Shown here: one piece after another, positions 38,315 to 47,948 of the stretch | How positions within the stretch are numbered: the first letter of the stretch is position 1 | Layout of the letters: each line of letters opens with the position of its first letter | From: Candidatus Altimarinota bacterium | Lineage (GTDB): Bacteria; Patescibacteriota; Gracilibacteria; UBA1369; GCA-2718715 | DNA length: 64,000 nt | Direction of reading: 5' to 3' | NCBI GenBank assembly: GCA_041242255.1 | Contig: JBESAV010000001.1 | Location: 352,001 to 416,000, forward strand | Notes under the pieces: model-generated | The model's database searches: none | What the model was told of the DNA's origin: nothing | The model's input: the letters and a program-made list of their open reading frames with translations, nothing else | Made by a program: the position numbers and the translations under genes

Positions 38315-41300
38315 CTTTAACTAAATTATCTTTTTCAACTTCCTCAACCTGTTCAGATTTATCACGTAGGAAAATTGTAAACAAAATAGGAATAATCATC
38401 AAAGTCAAAAAAGTAGCAGTGGTCAAACCAAAGATCACACTAAATCCTAGCCCTCTCCAAAACTCATCAGATATAGTAATTGGCAACAGACCAAATACAG
38501 TAGTAATAGTCGTCAGCATGATTGGCACAAACCTTAGTTTACAAGCTGCAATAATTGCTTCTTTAAGTTTCATATTTGACTCATATCTATTTCGATTGAT
38601 TTGGTCAACCATCACAATTGCATCATTCACAACAATTCCAGTCAACATTACTACCCCAAGGAAAGCAGGGAAGCTCAATGGTAAACCAAGCAAAGACAAA
38701 CCAGGAAAAATACCAATTATAGCCAAAGGTAAAGTACAGAGAATAATAAATGTTTGCCTAAACGAATTAAACTGAGTAACCAGAATTATCAATATCAAAA
38801 TAACTGCAACAATCATCGAGCTAAACAACTCAGTAAATGACTCTTGCACATCTTCATCTTCACCACCAATCTCTACAAAATAACCAGATGGCAGCTCAAG
38901 ATTTTCTAATACAGTCTCAACTTCTGGCAAAATCTCAGCTAAAACAACATCTTCTCTTATATCAGATCTAATTCTTACAGTTCTTTCCTGATCAATTCTA
39001 GGAATCGACTGTAAAGCATCACTTTCACTAATTCTAGCAAGTGAGCTAAAAGGTATAAATCCAGCTTGAGTAGGCACTAACGTATTGTACAGTTCACTGT
39101 AGGTTTTAGTTTCATTATTATCCAACCATACCCGTATTTCAGTCGCTTCACCATCAATCTGAATCTCTCCAGCCTCAGAACCATTCACAAGGCTTTGTAG
39201 AGTTTGAGCCACACTTTGTTTATTCAGCCCATAATAAGAAAGTCTTTCTTCATCTAACTCAATCTCTAACTCATTTTTATTATTATCAAAGTCAGAGCGT
39301 ATATTCACCAGCTCTTCCACTCCAGAAAGATCAGCCTTAATAGTTTCAGTTATCTCTTGCAGTGACTCCAATCCAGGTCCACTCAATCTAATCTCAATCG
39401 GTGCAGCAGCCGGAGGCCCAGCACTAATTGATTCAACACTTATGTCTAGCGCTGATTCAACCTCTTCATATTCAGCTCTAAGCTCTTCCGAGATTACATA
39501 TGATTTCTTCCTATCAGTATCTTCATCTGTAAGATTCACTACAACATATCCTAGATAGTCACCAGTTTCGCCACCATTCCCAGAAGGATCAGTACTAATC
39601 GAGCTCCCGTAGTTGATCGTATAGTTTTTAATGTATTCTTTATCTCTCAAAATATCTTCCACAATTCCTGATAACTCCTGCGTTTCTTCAAGGCGGGTTC
39701 CAATAGGTGCTTCAAAGTTTATATATACAAATGGAGTATCTGCTTCAGGGAAAAGTTGAGCCTTCAGTATTCCGGTTACAGGCAAAGCCATACTCCCAAC
39801 AAAGCAAACCAACGTCACAAACAAAATCAAACCTCTTGCAATTCGGTTATTCAAAATATTTTCTAAAATAGATGCATATCTGTCTTTTATTCCTTCAATA
39901 AATTTTTCTTTCAAAGATAGTTTTCTTTCCTTATCACGAGAAAATCTTTCAAATACATCAATCAGTTTCACAGACAAAAGGGGAGTCACAGCAAAACTCA
40001 CCAGTAGTGAAGCCCCAAGCGTTATCGACAAAACAATTGGTATTGTTCGTATGTATTCACCCACGATTCCAGATACCAAAAGCATAGGAGCAAAAGCAGA
40101 GAGTGTCGTTAAAGTTCCAGCAACCAAAGGCCATTTATATTGATCTAAAGTTTCTTTTGCAGCATCTATTGTATTTCTTCCTTCTTTTTTAAACTCATAA
40201 ATACCTTCTACAATTACCACCGAAGTATCTACTATTAGACCCAAAGATAAAATAAGTGAAAAGATAGTTAAACCATTCAAAGTCTCATCAGCCCAGTACA
40301 ACACTCCAAAAGTAATCAAGAAAATCATTGGTATAGCAATAGATGCAACTAAAGCTTCCTTTACAGAAAGAACCAGCAATATAGCTACAAATATAACCAA
40401 AATAGTCTGAACCCCAGATGAAGAGAGAGTACTTAAATCATTTTTAATGAAATACGCATTATCATTGGTTTTCACAATTCGTACTCCTTCCTCTAAACTC
40501 TCAGAAATCTCTGCAGCCTTCTCATCTACTTGGTTTACAATATCTACGATATTTCCTCCTGAAGACTTAAAGACATTTAGAGTTATGGCTCTTTCAGCAC
40601 TTCCTTCACCTTCATAAACATAAGAAAGAGTACTTTGTTCTACAGGTTCAATATTCACATACGCAACATCCCCAATCGTTAGAAGTTCAAGTCCACCATC
40701 CTGAGAAACGTTACTCAAAGGTAAATTTCTTATCATCTCTACCGAATTTTTCTCACCTCTTATTCTTACGTTAATTTTAGATAAATCCCTTTCAACTTCA
40801 CCAATCGGTAAATTAAGGTTCCCAACCTGAATAGCTTGTATGATTTGACCAGGAGTAACGCCGTAGAACTCTGCCACCAAGCTATCCAATATAATAGTTA
40901 TTTCTTCTTCATAGTCACCAATAATTTCAACATTTGAAACACCACTTATACTTTCTATCTCAGTAGCAACTTCATCCGCTACCTCTGACAACTCTTTAAA
41001 CTCTTTATCCCCAACTACACTTAAAGAAACAATCGACATACTATTAAAGTCTAGCTCCATCACTTCAGGATCTTCAGCTAACTCAGGTAGTCTTCCAGCA
41101 ACTTGATTAGCAGCTTCTGTCAGGTCTGAAATCACCTCAGACGTATCAGCAGAAGTATCAAACTGAACTGTAATAATAGAAATATTACTTCTTGAAGTAG
41201 AAGTAATACTATCCACATCATCTAAGCTTTGAAACTCTTTCTCTAACTCAACAGTAACATTTTGCTCCACATCTAGAGCGGACGCGTTTGGGTAAACTGT

Positions 41301-41450
41301 TTGAACTATCCCAATCGGCTGATTTATCTCAGGGTTAGACTCGATATCGACATTCAGGACTCCAAAAACACCAACCAACAAGATGGCCATTACCAGCAAA
41401 AAAGTAACCCTCGATTTTTCTATAAAGTTAAACCAAATACTTCTTTTCAT
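38283..41450 (-). CDS. RND efflux permease (AcrB/SwrC-like)
   Basis: 1055 aa; GLIVDTSVVIVE, GIVVNDAIV and RFVPIMLTT. Confidence 0.92.
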   Translation of the reverse strand: MKRSIWFNFIEKSRVTFLLVMAILLVGVFGVLNVDIESNPEINQPIGIVQTVYPNASALDVEQNVTVELEKEFQSLDDVDSITSTSRSNISIITVQFDTSADTSEVISDLTEAANQVAGRLPELAEDPEVMELDFNSMSIVSLSVVGDKEFKELSEVADEVATEIESISGVSNVEIIGDYEEEITIILDSLVAEFYGVTPGQIIQAIQVGNLNLPIGEVERDLSKINVRIRGEKNSVEMIRNLPLSNVSQDGGLELLTIGDVAYVNIEPVEQSTLSYVYEGEGSAERAITLNVFKSSGGNIVDIVNQVDEKAAEISESLEEGVRIVKTNDNAYFIKNDLSTLSSSGVQTILVIFVAILLVLSVKEALVASIAIPMIFLITFGVLYWADETLNGLTIFSLILSLGLIVDTSVVIVEGIYEFKKEGRNTIDAAKETLDQYKWPLVAGTLTTLSAFAPMLLVSGIVGEYIRTIPIVLSITLGASLLVSFAVTPLLSVKLIDVFERFSRDKERKLSLKEKFIEGIKDRYASILENILNNRIARGLILFVTLVCFVGSMALPVTGILKAQLFPEADTPFVYINFEAPIGTRLEETQELSGIVEDILRDKEYIKNYTINYGSSISTDPSGNGGETGDYLGYVVVNLTDEDTDRKKSYVISEELRAEYEEVESALDISVESISAGPPAAAPIEIRLSGPGLESLQEITETIKADLSGVEELVNIRSDFDNNKNELEIELDEERLSYYGLNKQSVAQTLQSLVNGSEAGEIQIDGEATEIRVWLDNNETKTYSELYNTLVPTQAGFIPFSSLARISESDALQSIPRIDQERTVRIRSDIREDVVLAEILPEVETVLENLELPSGYFVEIGGEDEDVQESFTELFSSMIVAVILILIILVTQFNSFRQTFIILCTLPLAIIGIFPGLSLLGLPLSFPAFLGVVMLTGIVVNDAIVMVDQINRNRYESNMKLKEAIIAACKLRFVPIMLTTITTVFGLLPITISDEFWRGLGFSVIFGLTTATFLTLMIIPILFTIFLRDKSEQVEEVEKDNLVKDVEVSPRHIA

Positions 41451-42991
41451 TATTTAAAGCTAATCAATTTTGAAGCCTCTTCCAAAACTATCTCATCACC
41501 TTCTTGAAGACCTCCCACAACCTGTATCTTCCCAGCTTGTATCGGACCTTTTACATCCACTTGTTTATATAGAATCTCATTTCCAGATTTAACTGCAGCA
41601 AAGTATTCATTATTATCAATTTTCAAAGATCTAAATGGAACAACCGTTGCAGCAATAATATCCGAACCACCTTTCTCAATTTTAAAATTAACTTTTGCAA
41701 AAGCATTTGCGATCAAGTTTCCATTATCACTCAAATTTCCAATTTTAACTTTAATCAATCTGCTTCTTTCATCTGCAATCAAAGCAACATTCTTTACCTC
41801 TCCATCATATTTTTCTCCGGCGTATACAACCTCAATCTCATCACCTTTCTGAAGTAAGGAAGCCTGCTCAAGTGAAACAAAAACCTCAATTTGCTTATTC
41901 ATTTCAGAGCTTATCAAAATATAATTCATCCCAGGGGTAGTCTTTTGTCCAACATTTAAATCAATATCAAGTACAGTCCCATCTACAGGTGCAGTAACCA
42001 CTGTCTGATCAAGTTGAACTTTAGCTAAAGCAACTTGAGCCTCTGCTTGATTAATCTGACTCATAAGCTGATTAATATTTAAATCCGTTGCAACTCTTTG
42101 AGAGGCAATCTGATTTCTTAAAGATTCTATTTGCAATCGTGCGTTTTCAATCTGCTGAATATTTCTTACATCAGTATAATAATTCTGAGCAGCTTGTAGC
42201 TGTCTTTGACCATATTCAAGGTTGCCTTGTGCTTCCTCTAAATCTTCTTGTGCACTTTCAAAGTCATATTGATTCTCAAGGTCACCACCCAAAAACTCAC
42301 CTAGGTTTTCGTTTACAATATTTCCTATAGTTTTCTCTAGCGATGGAGTATTCGCTGAAATCTCGTTACCTATCTCTTCAACTTCTTTACCCATATCTTC
42401 CACACCCAACTGTCTCGCAGCCAAATCTCTAGAAGAATTCAAGCTCAAAACTGCTTGCTCCAAAGCTATGTCAGCAGTTGCAAGTTGGATTCTATAACTA
42501 TTTTCAGAAATTCCAGCATTCTGTCTAGTCAGATCTAAAGATCTGTATGCATTTGCCAATTGTTTTTCAGCACTATCTAAGTTTATGGCTAACTGTTTAG
42601 TTGCAGTATTTTCAGCTAATTTGAAAAGTACATCACCTTTCTTAACTTCACTTCCTGCCTCTACTAAGATCTCTTCTACAGTCGAACTCAAATCACTTCC
42701 TACTTCTACCTGATCACTCAAAGTGACAATCCCAGTTCTACTAAAGCTATTATCTCTCAAGTCAGACCTTACCGGATCTTTATAGGTAATTGTCTCATAT
42801 TCTAAAGGAGGTTCATTCTCATTTGGTTCTTCAGAATCTTCATTCTCAATTGGATCATTATCAACGATTACAACCTCTTCCTTTCTGCTTTCGTTGATAA
42901 GGTATATCCCTCCATAAATAATTACACCAACTACCAAAAGACTCAAAAAAGTTCTCACAACATTTTTCAAAGCATCTACAACAATTGACAT
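41450..42991 (-). CDS. RND membrane fusion (adaptor) protein with long coiled coil
   Basis: N-terminal TM; VKKGDVL and TAPVDG lipoyl halves; GLQEGD. Confidence 0.85.
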   Translation of the reverse strand: MSIVVDALKNVVRTFLSLLVVGVIIYGGIYLINESRKEEVVIVDNDPIENEDSEEPNENEPPLEYETITYKDPVRSDLRDNSFSRTGIVTLSDQVEVGSDLSSTVEEILVEAGSEVKKGDVLFKLAENTATKQLAINLDSAEKQLANAYRSLDLTRQNAGISENSYRIQLATADIALEQAVLSLNSSRDLAARQLGVEDMGKEVEEIGNEISANTPSLEKTIGNIVNENLGEFLGGDLENQYDFESAQEDLEEAQGNLEYGQRQLQAAQNYYTDVRNIQQIENARLQIESLRNQIASQRVATDLNINQLMSQINQAEAQVALAKVQLDQTVVTAPVDGTVLDIDLNVGQKTTPGMNYILISSEMNKQIEVFVSLEQASLLQKGDEIEVVYAGEKYDGEVKNVALIADERSRLIKVKIGNLSDNGNLIANAFAKVNFKIEKGGSDIIAATVVPFRSLKIDNNEYFAAVKSGNEILYKQVDVKGPIQAGKIQVVGGLQEGDEIVLEEASKLISFK

Positions 42992-43019
42992 AACTATTAC
43001 CCCTTAAAATTTAGATGAA

Positions 43020-43048
43020 ATAGTAGTATTTTTATGAAGTTATGTCAA
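43020..43048 (-). promoter_or_regulatory. Sigma70 promoter of the RND operon
   Basis: TTGACA-17 nt-TACTAT. Confidence 0.65.
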
Positions 43049-43056
43049 ATAGATCT

Positions 43057-43455
43057 TTAGCTAGATATTTCTTTCCAAAGTTCTTCTAAGTCCTGATCTA
43101 ATACAGGATTATCATGGATGTTTGTTTTCAGTCCATCACCCTCAAACCTTGGCAAAAGATGGAAGTGTAAGTGCATCACAGTCTGCCCAGCAGCCTCTCC
43201 AGAAGAACTAAAGATGTTTATCCCATCTGCACCAAGCTTTTCTTTCAAGATCACAGCCGTCTCATGTATTCCTTTCATCAAGCTTTCATACTCAGAACTC
43301 TCAAGTTCAAAAATATTCTCAACCTCATTCTTGGGAATAACCAAAGTATGCCCTTTACAAACAGGACTTATATCCAAAAAAGCCAATACATCATCAGACT
43401 CATAGACTTTATATGAAGGCAATTCACCACTAATAATTTTATTAAAAATACTCAA
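43057..43455 (-). CDS. HIT family hydrolase (TTG start inferred)
   Basis: IFNKIISGELP, AFLDISP..GHTLVIPK and AGQTVMHLHFH. Confidence 0.9.
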   Translation of the reverse strand: MSIFNKIISGELPSYKVYESDDVLAFLDISPVCKGHTLVIPKNEVENIFELESSEYESLMKGIHETAVILKEKLGADGINIFSSSGEAAGQTVMHLHFHLLPRFEGDGLKTNIHDNPVLDQDLEELWKEISS

Positions 43456-43510
43456 AACTATAAAAATTAAATCAAAAGCATTATATACTCTTTCCAAATA
43501 ACATAAAACA

Positions 43511-44026
43511 ATGACCATTCACCACCAAAACCCAGACCCAAAAATCATCCAATCTCTAAAAGACCAATCCATAAGCTACACTTTGCTGGAGCACTCTCCA
43601 TTCTTCAGCTGCCAAGACTCAGAAAGCTTCTGGTCTAACCGCATCCAAAGCTCTAGTCAAACCATCGCCAACTGCAAAACTCTCATGCTTAGAGATAAGA
43701 AAAAGAAAAACTACTACATGTACATCACTTTCTGCGATCAAAAAGTAGACCTTAGTCAGTTCCAAAACGACATAGACTCCAAACGACTAAGCTTCGCTTC
43801 TGAATCCGATTTAGAATCTCTCCTTCAAGTTTACCCAGGTTGCGTAAACCCATTTAGCCTCATTCACGATCAAGAAAATATGATCCATGTCTACATCCAC
43901 AAAGAAACACTCAAATTTGACCTTCAAGCTTTTCACCCAGGCAACAACAAATATTCCATAGAGCTTACAACACAAGACTTCCAAAATTTTCTATCCAACA
44001 CAGGTAATAAAGTCACTATTCTTTAG
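43511..44026 (+). CDS. YbaK/ProX-family aminoacyl-tRNA deacylase
   Basis: CKTLMLRDKK, RLSFAS, PGCVNPF and FHP.NN. Confidence 0.85.
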   Translation: MTIHHQNPDPKIIQSLKDQSISYTLLEHSPFFSCQDSESFWSNRIQSSSQTIANCKTLMLRDKKKKNYYMYITFCDQKVDLSQFQNDIDSKRLSFASESDLESLLQVYPGCVNPFSLIHDQENMIHVYIHKETLKFDLQAFHPGNNKYSIELTTQDFQNFLSNTGNKVTIL

Positions 44027-44576
44027 ATCTCTTCCAACAACTTTCAAGGTGGTCATCTACCATCCCAACCGCTTGCATATAGGCATACATTATTGTCGGT
44101 CCCACAAAACTCATCCCACGCTTTTTTAGATCTTTCGATAATGCACGACTAATTTCAGTCTCAACCGGCACATCCTTAAACTTCCCCCAAGTATTCACTA
44201 TCTGCTCTTCATCTACAAATCTCCACAAATACTCATCGAAACTCCCAAATTCATCCACAATATCCAAAAATACTAGAGCATTTTTCCTCACTGAATAAAT
44301 CTTCAGTTTATTCCGAATTATACCTTCAAACTCCCTAAGACTCTCCAGTTCCTCATCACTCATTTCTACTATAGCACCAATATCCCAATCCTTAAAAGCT
44401 TCTCTATATCCTTCTCGTTTCTTCAGAACTGTTTCCCAGCTTAACCCAGCCTGCGCCCCTTCAAGTATCAGCATCTCAAAAAGCTTCTTATCATCATGCA
44501 CAGGCACACCCCATTCTTCATCATGATAACGAGCGTAAAGCTCATCCTTCCCAAAACATCTTTTACGATTATCCAT
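44016..44576 (-). CDS. tag: DNA-3-methyladenine glycosylase I
   Basis: YHDEEWG, LEGAQAGLSW, IIRNKLKI, FVGPT and DHLESC. Confidence 0.95.
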   Translation of the reverse strand: MDNRKRCFGKDELYARYHDEEWGVPVHDDKKLFEMLILEGAQAGLSWETVLKKREGYREAFKDWDIGAIVEMSDEELESLREFEGIIRNKLKIYSVRKNALVFLDIVDEFGSFDEYLWRFVDEEQIVNTWGKFKDVPVETEISRALSKDLKKRGMSFVGPTIMYAYMQAVGMVDDHLESCWKRSKE

Positions 44577-44646
44577 AAAACGAATTAACATTTACATCTT
44601 ACAACACTCTTCGCTAAGATAAAGTAATCTAAAGCAACCCAAACAA

Positions 44647-46029
44647 ATGCCTAAAAACAAAAAAAATGAAATCCTCCAAGCCATCTGGCAGTTAGCCGAT
44701 GGCCAAAAGTCAGGCCTCAACATTGGTTCAAGAGCAGTACCGCATCATCTCAGACCCCACGAAAAACCAATCCTCGAAAAAGCTATCGAAAGGGGATACA
44801 TGATCCTCAAAAAAGACGATCGTCCTAACCTCGAAAACCTTTTTTATCTATATAACGAACAATTAGACCAACCAGCCTTCATCTACCGAGAATCTGAAGA
44901 ATTCCCAGTTCAACTTTCCGCTATCCAAGAAAAACTACAAAATTACGATCCAAAAAACTACGCCAAAACTCGCAACCACCTCGAAGGAAATGTCTCTAAA
45001 CTTTCTCCATACATAACTACTGGAATTCTGCCACTTCCATATGTATACCAGTTCATCCAAGAAAAATTCACCCATCTCAAAAAAGACGACAAAATCTTCC
45101 AAGAGTTAGCCTGGCGCGAATATTTCCAAAACGTCTACCAAGAGTACGGAGAAGAAATCTTCCAAAAAGGAATCAAAAACACACAACCAAGAGGCGACCA
45201 TCAAGAGATTCCAACCCTCATCCTCAAAGCCAGAACAGGTATCAAAACTATAGATCGCACCATCCGAGAGCTTTACCGCACAGGTTACATGCACAATCAC
45301 GCTCGTATGTGGCTTGCTTCATTGACTTGCAACCTTTCCAGAACCCACTGGAAACCATCAGCTGACTGGCTCTACTATCATCTTTTAGATGGTGACCTAG
45401 CTTCAAATTATCTCAGCTGGCAATGGGTTTCCGGAGCCTTCAGCAGCAAACTCTACTGGCTAACCCAATCCAACCTCAACAAGTACAGCCCCGAAGATCT
45501 TAAACAATCAGGCACCATCATCGACAAATCCTACCAAGAAGTTTCTAAGTTAGAAATCCCCGAAGAGTTCCAAGAACGATCGAAGCCAGAACTAACAACC
45601 GACCTCAGCCCAATCAATTCTGAAAAATACGAAGATAAACCAACTCTTATTTATAGCATCTGGAACCTCGACCCAGAATTCGGCAATCAAACCACTCAAA
45701 ACGTAAACCCAAAAGATTATCAAAAAGTTCTACTACTCGAGCAAAGTTACTTTGATAGATTTCCAGTATCACCACAAAGGCTCGCCTTTATCTTAGGAAT
45801 AGCCGACAATATTTCAGGACTGAAAGTTGTAGTGGAGGAAAAGTCAGACTTAAAAATATCCCCTGAAAATATAACTTTCATAGATCATCCTAGCCTCCAG
45901 CACTGGCACCATCCTGATTCTACTACACTTAAACCCCCAAGAATCTTCCCACATATTGAAGGCTACTTTTCAAGTTTCTTTAAGTTCTGGAATAAAGCCT
46001 CAAGAAAACCTAAACCCAAAACTTCATGA
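44647..46029 (+). CDS. Photolyase with inverted domain order (FAD domain first) plus N-terminal extra domain
   Basis: YAKTRN..VSKLSPYI, ELAWREY, GYMHNHARMW and LLDGDLASN.LSWQW precede a short Rossmann-like remnant. Confidence 0.85.
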   Translation: MPKNKKNEILQAIWQLADGQKSGLNIGSRAVPHHLRPHEKPILEKAIERGYMILKKDDRPNLENLFYLYNEQLDQPAFIYRESEEFPVQLSAIQEKLQNYDPKNYAKTRNHLEGNVSKLSPYITTGILPLPYVYQFIQEKFTHLKKDDKIFQELAWREYFQNVYQEYGEEIFQKGIKNTQPRGDHQEIPTLILKARTGIKTIDRTIRELYRTGYMHNHARMWLASLTCNLSRTHWKPSADWLYYHLLDGDLASNYLSWQWVSGAFSSKLYWLTQSNLNKYSPEDLKQSGTIIDKSYQEVSKLEIPEEFQERSKPELTTDLSPINSEKYEDKPTLIYSIWNLDPEFGNQTTQNVNPKDYQKVLLLEQSYFDRFPVSPQRLAFILGIADNISGLKVVVEEKSDLKISPENITFIDHPSLQHWHHPDSTTLKPPRIFPHIEGYFSSFFKFWNKASRKPKPKTS

Positions 46030-46526
46030 CCAAAGTCCCAGTCTCCAAAAAAACTCGCCCCTGGAACCAACCAAATCTCCCAGTTTATAGCCTATCTACT
46101 TTAGATCCAGATACAGGCACACCCAATATGAACATCTGCACCTATGTTTCAGCCATCACTATGGATACTAAAAGGTTTATGATTGGAGTTTATAAAGGCA
46201 CCAAAACCTACGAAAACCTCCAGAAAACAGATCAAGCCATCCTTCAGATCTTATCAAAAGACAATATCAACTTAGTTAGAAAATTCGGAAAAACCTCTGG
46301 TAAGGATTCTGATAAACTCAAAAACCTAAAAGATCGCATATCCACTCACCAAAACCTCACATACCTCAAAGATTGCACAGCTTTCATGTACCTTAAAACA
46401 ACCGATATCTTCAAAGTGGGCGACCATGATATTTGGGTAATGGAAGTCATCAAGTCTAAATCTCTCAATGACCCAAAAGACATTCTCTATACCTACGATC
46501 TCAAAGAAGCCAAAATCATAGGATAG
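46026..46526 (+). CDS. Flavin reductase-like split-barrel protein
   Basis: NMNICTYV, KTYENL, FGKTSG..DKL and GDH; ATGA overlap. Confidence 0.8.
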   Translation: MTKVPVSKKTRPWNQPNLPVYSLSTLDPDTGTPNMNICTYVSAITMDTKRFMIGVYKGTKTYENLQKTDQAILQILSKDNINLVRKFGKTSGKDSDKLKNLKDRISTHQNLTYLKDCTAFMYLKTTDIFKVGDHDIWVMEVIKSKSLNDPKDILYTYDLKEAKIIG

Positions 46527-46544
46527 CCACAAAACCCTAAAAGC

Positions 46545-47867
46545 CTATGAAAAACCAAACTCCTCATAATATATCTGATCTTCCGGCACACCTCTTTTCA
46601 TAAGATCAGCTTTAAGAGAAACCATCATCTTATTTGGCCCACACATCATCACAGCATATTCACTCAAATCTTTTCCAACTTCCTTCTCAAGTAGATCTCC
46701 AGTTAGATAACCTTCATTCACAGAGAAGTGTTTGCGATAGGTGAAATTATCATCAGCATTCTGAGCCAATTCATTGATCTCTCCATCGTAGATCAACTCA
46801 TCCTCAGACTTCACACAATGATAAAATTTTATATTTTTACGGTCATCATTTTGTGACTCATGATGAAGCATACTCAGAAAAGGAGTCACACCAACCCCAG
46901 CACCAATCCAAATCTGTTTCTTGTGGAAGTCATACATATGAGATGTAAATTCTCCATAAGGTCCAAATATATTGATGACTTTACCTTCTTCAAGTCGAGT
47001 TAGCTTCTCAGTATAATCCCCAAAAACCTTGTAAATAAATCTCAACTCATTACTCCCAGGCGAAGATGAAATGCTAAATGGATGATGCTCTTTCGGAATC
47101 TCCGTGTGTCCCGGCACAGATATAAAGGCAAATTCTCCAGGCTCAAAATTAATCTTAGTTTTTACAGGCCTCAAAACCAACTCATAAACTCCATCCATCA
47201 CTAGTTTATTCCTGATAACTTCATACTCAAACTTAGGACCAATGTATTCATACAAAAGAGTTTTATACACATACGAACTAACCCCGACCACAAAGCAAAG
47301 TCCCATCCAAAACTGCAAAGGCACAAACCGAGCCACATCACTCGAAGCATTAAAAACGTGATAAGCCGCAATGATAAAAGGGACTCCCATTAAGCTATGG
47401 ATGTTTTTCCAGATGTGATAAGGAATCTTCTTACTCATCGCCAAAGCGATTAAAATAATATACCCATACAAAGCTGTAATTCCAGCTGTCTTAGCCCAAG
47501 TATCAATCCCTGGCACAAACAAAGACCAAACATTTTCTCCAGTCATTAAAAATTGCGGAATCAAAAGCAGGGGGTGTGCAAGTATAAAAACAAAAGCAAC
47601 CTTACTGATCAAGGAATGATTCTTATAAACTTTATCCAATCCACCAAAAACCTTCTCCATAAATCTAACCCTCGACACCATCAAATAACTAACCGCCAAA
47701 AGCACCACCCCAAATAAAGATAGAATCTGACTCAAGTACCTAGGAGTCTCAACCCAAGTCAAAGTATCCACAATCTCAACCTTAGACCACATCCAAATCA
47801 GCGTAGTCACAATCAACGGCAAAGTTATATACAGATGTATATGGCTACTTTTCTCTTTCAAAAACAT
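46545..47867 (-). CDS. Ferric reductase-like TM domain plus FAD/NAD(P)-binding (FNR) oxidoreductase
   Basis: TM His residues, HPFSISS, GDYT, GPYG, GAGVGVTPF, CGP and EEF. Confidence 0.88.
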   Translation of the reverse strand: MFLKEKSSHIHLYITLPLIVTTLIWMWSKVEIVDTLTWVETPRYLSQILSLFGVVLLAVSYLMVSRVRFMEKVFGGLDKVYKNHSLISKVAFVFILAHPLLLIPQFLMTGENVWSLFVPGIDTWAKTAGITALYGYIILIALAMSKKIPYHIWKNIHSLMGVPFIIAAYHVFNASSDVARFVPLQFWMGLCFVVGVSSYVYKTLLYEYIGPKFEYEVIRNKLVMDGVYELVLRPVKTKINFEPGEFAFISVPGHTEIPKEHHPFSISSSPGSNELRFIYKVFGDYTEKLTRLEEGKVINIFGPYGEFTSHMYDFHKKQIWIGAGVGVTPFLSMLHHESQNDDRKNIKFYHCVKSEDELIYDGEINELAQNADDNFTYRKHFSVNEGYLTGDLLEKEVGKDLSEYAVMMCGPNKMMVSLKADLMKRGVPEDQIYYEEFGFS

Positions 47868-47948
47868 AGTGGTGTAGGATTACATTCAAACAAGACATTT
47901 TACTATCAACATGTTAATCTAATGTAACCAAACAAAAAAGCCCAAAAC

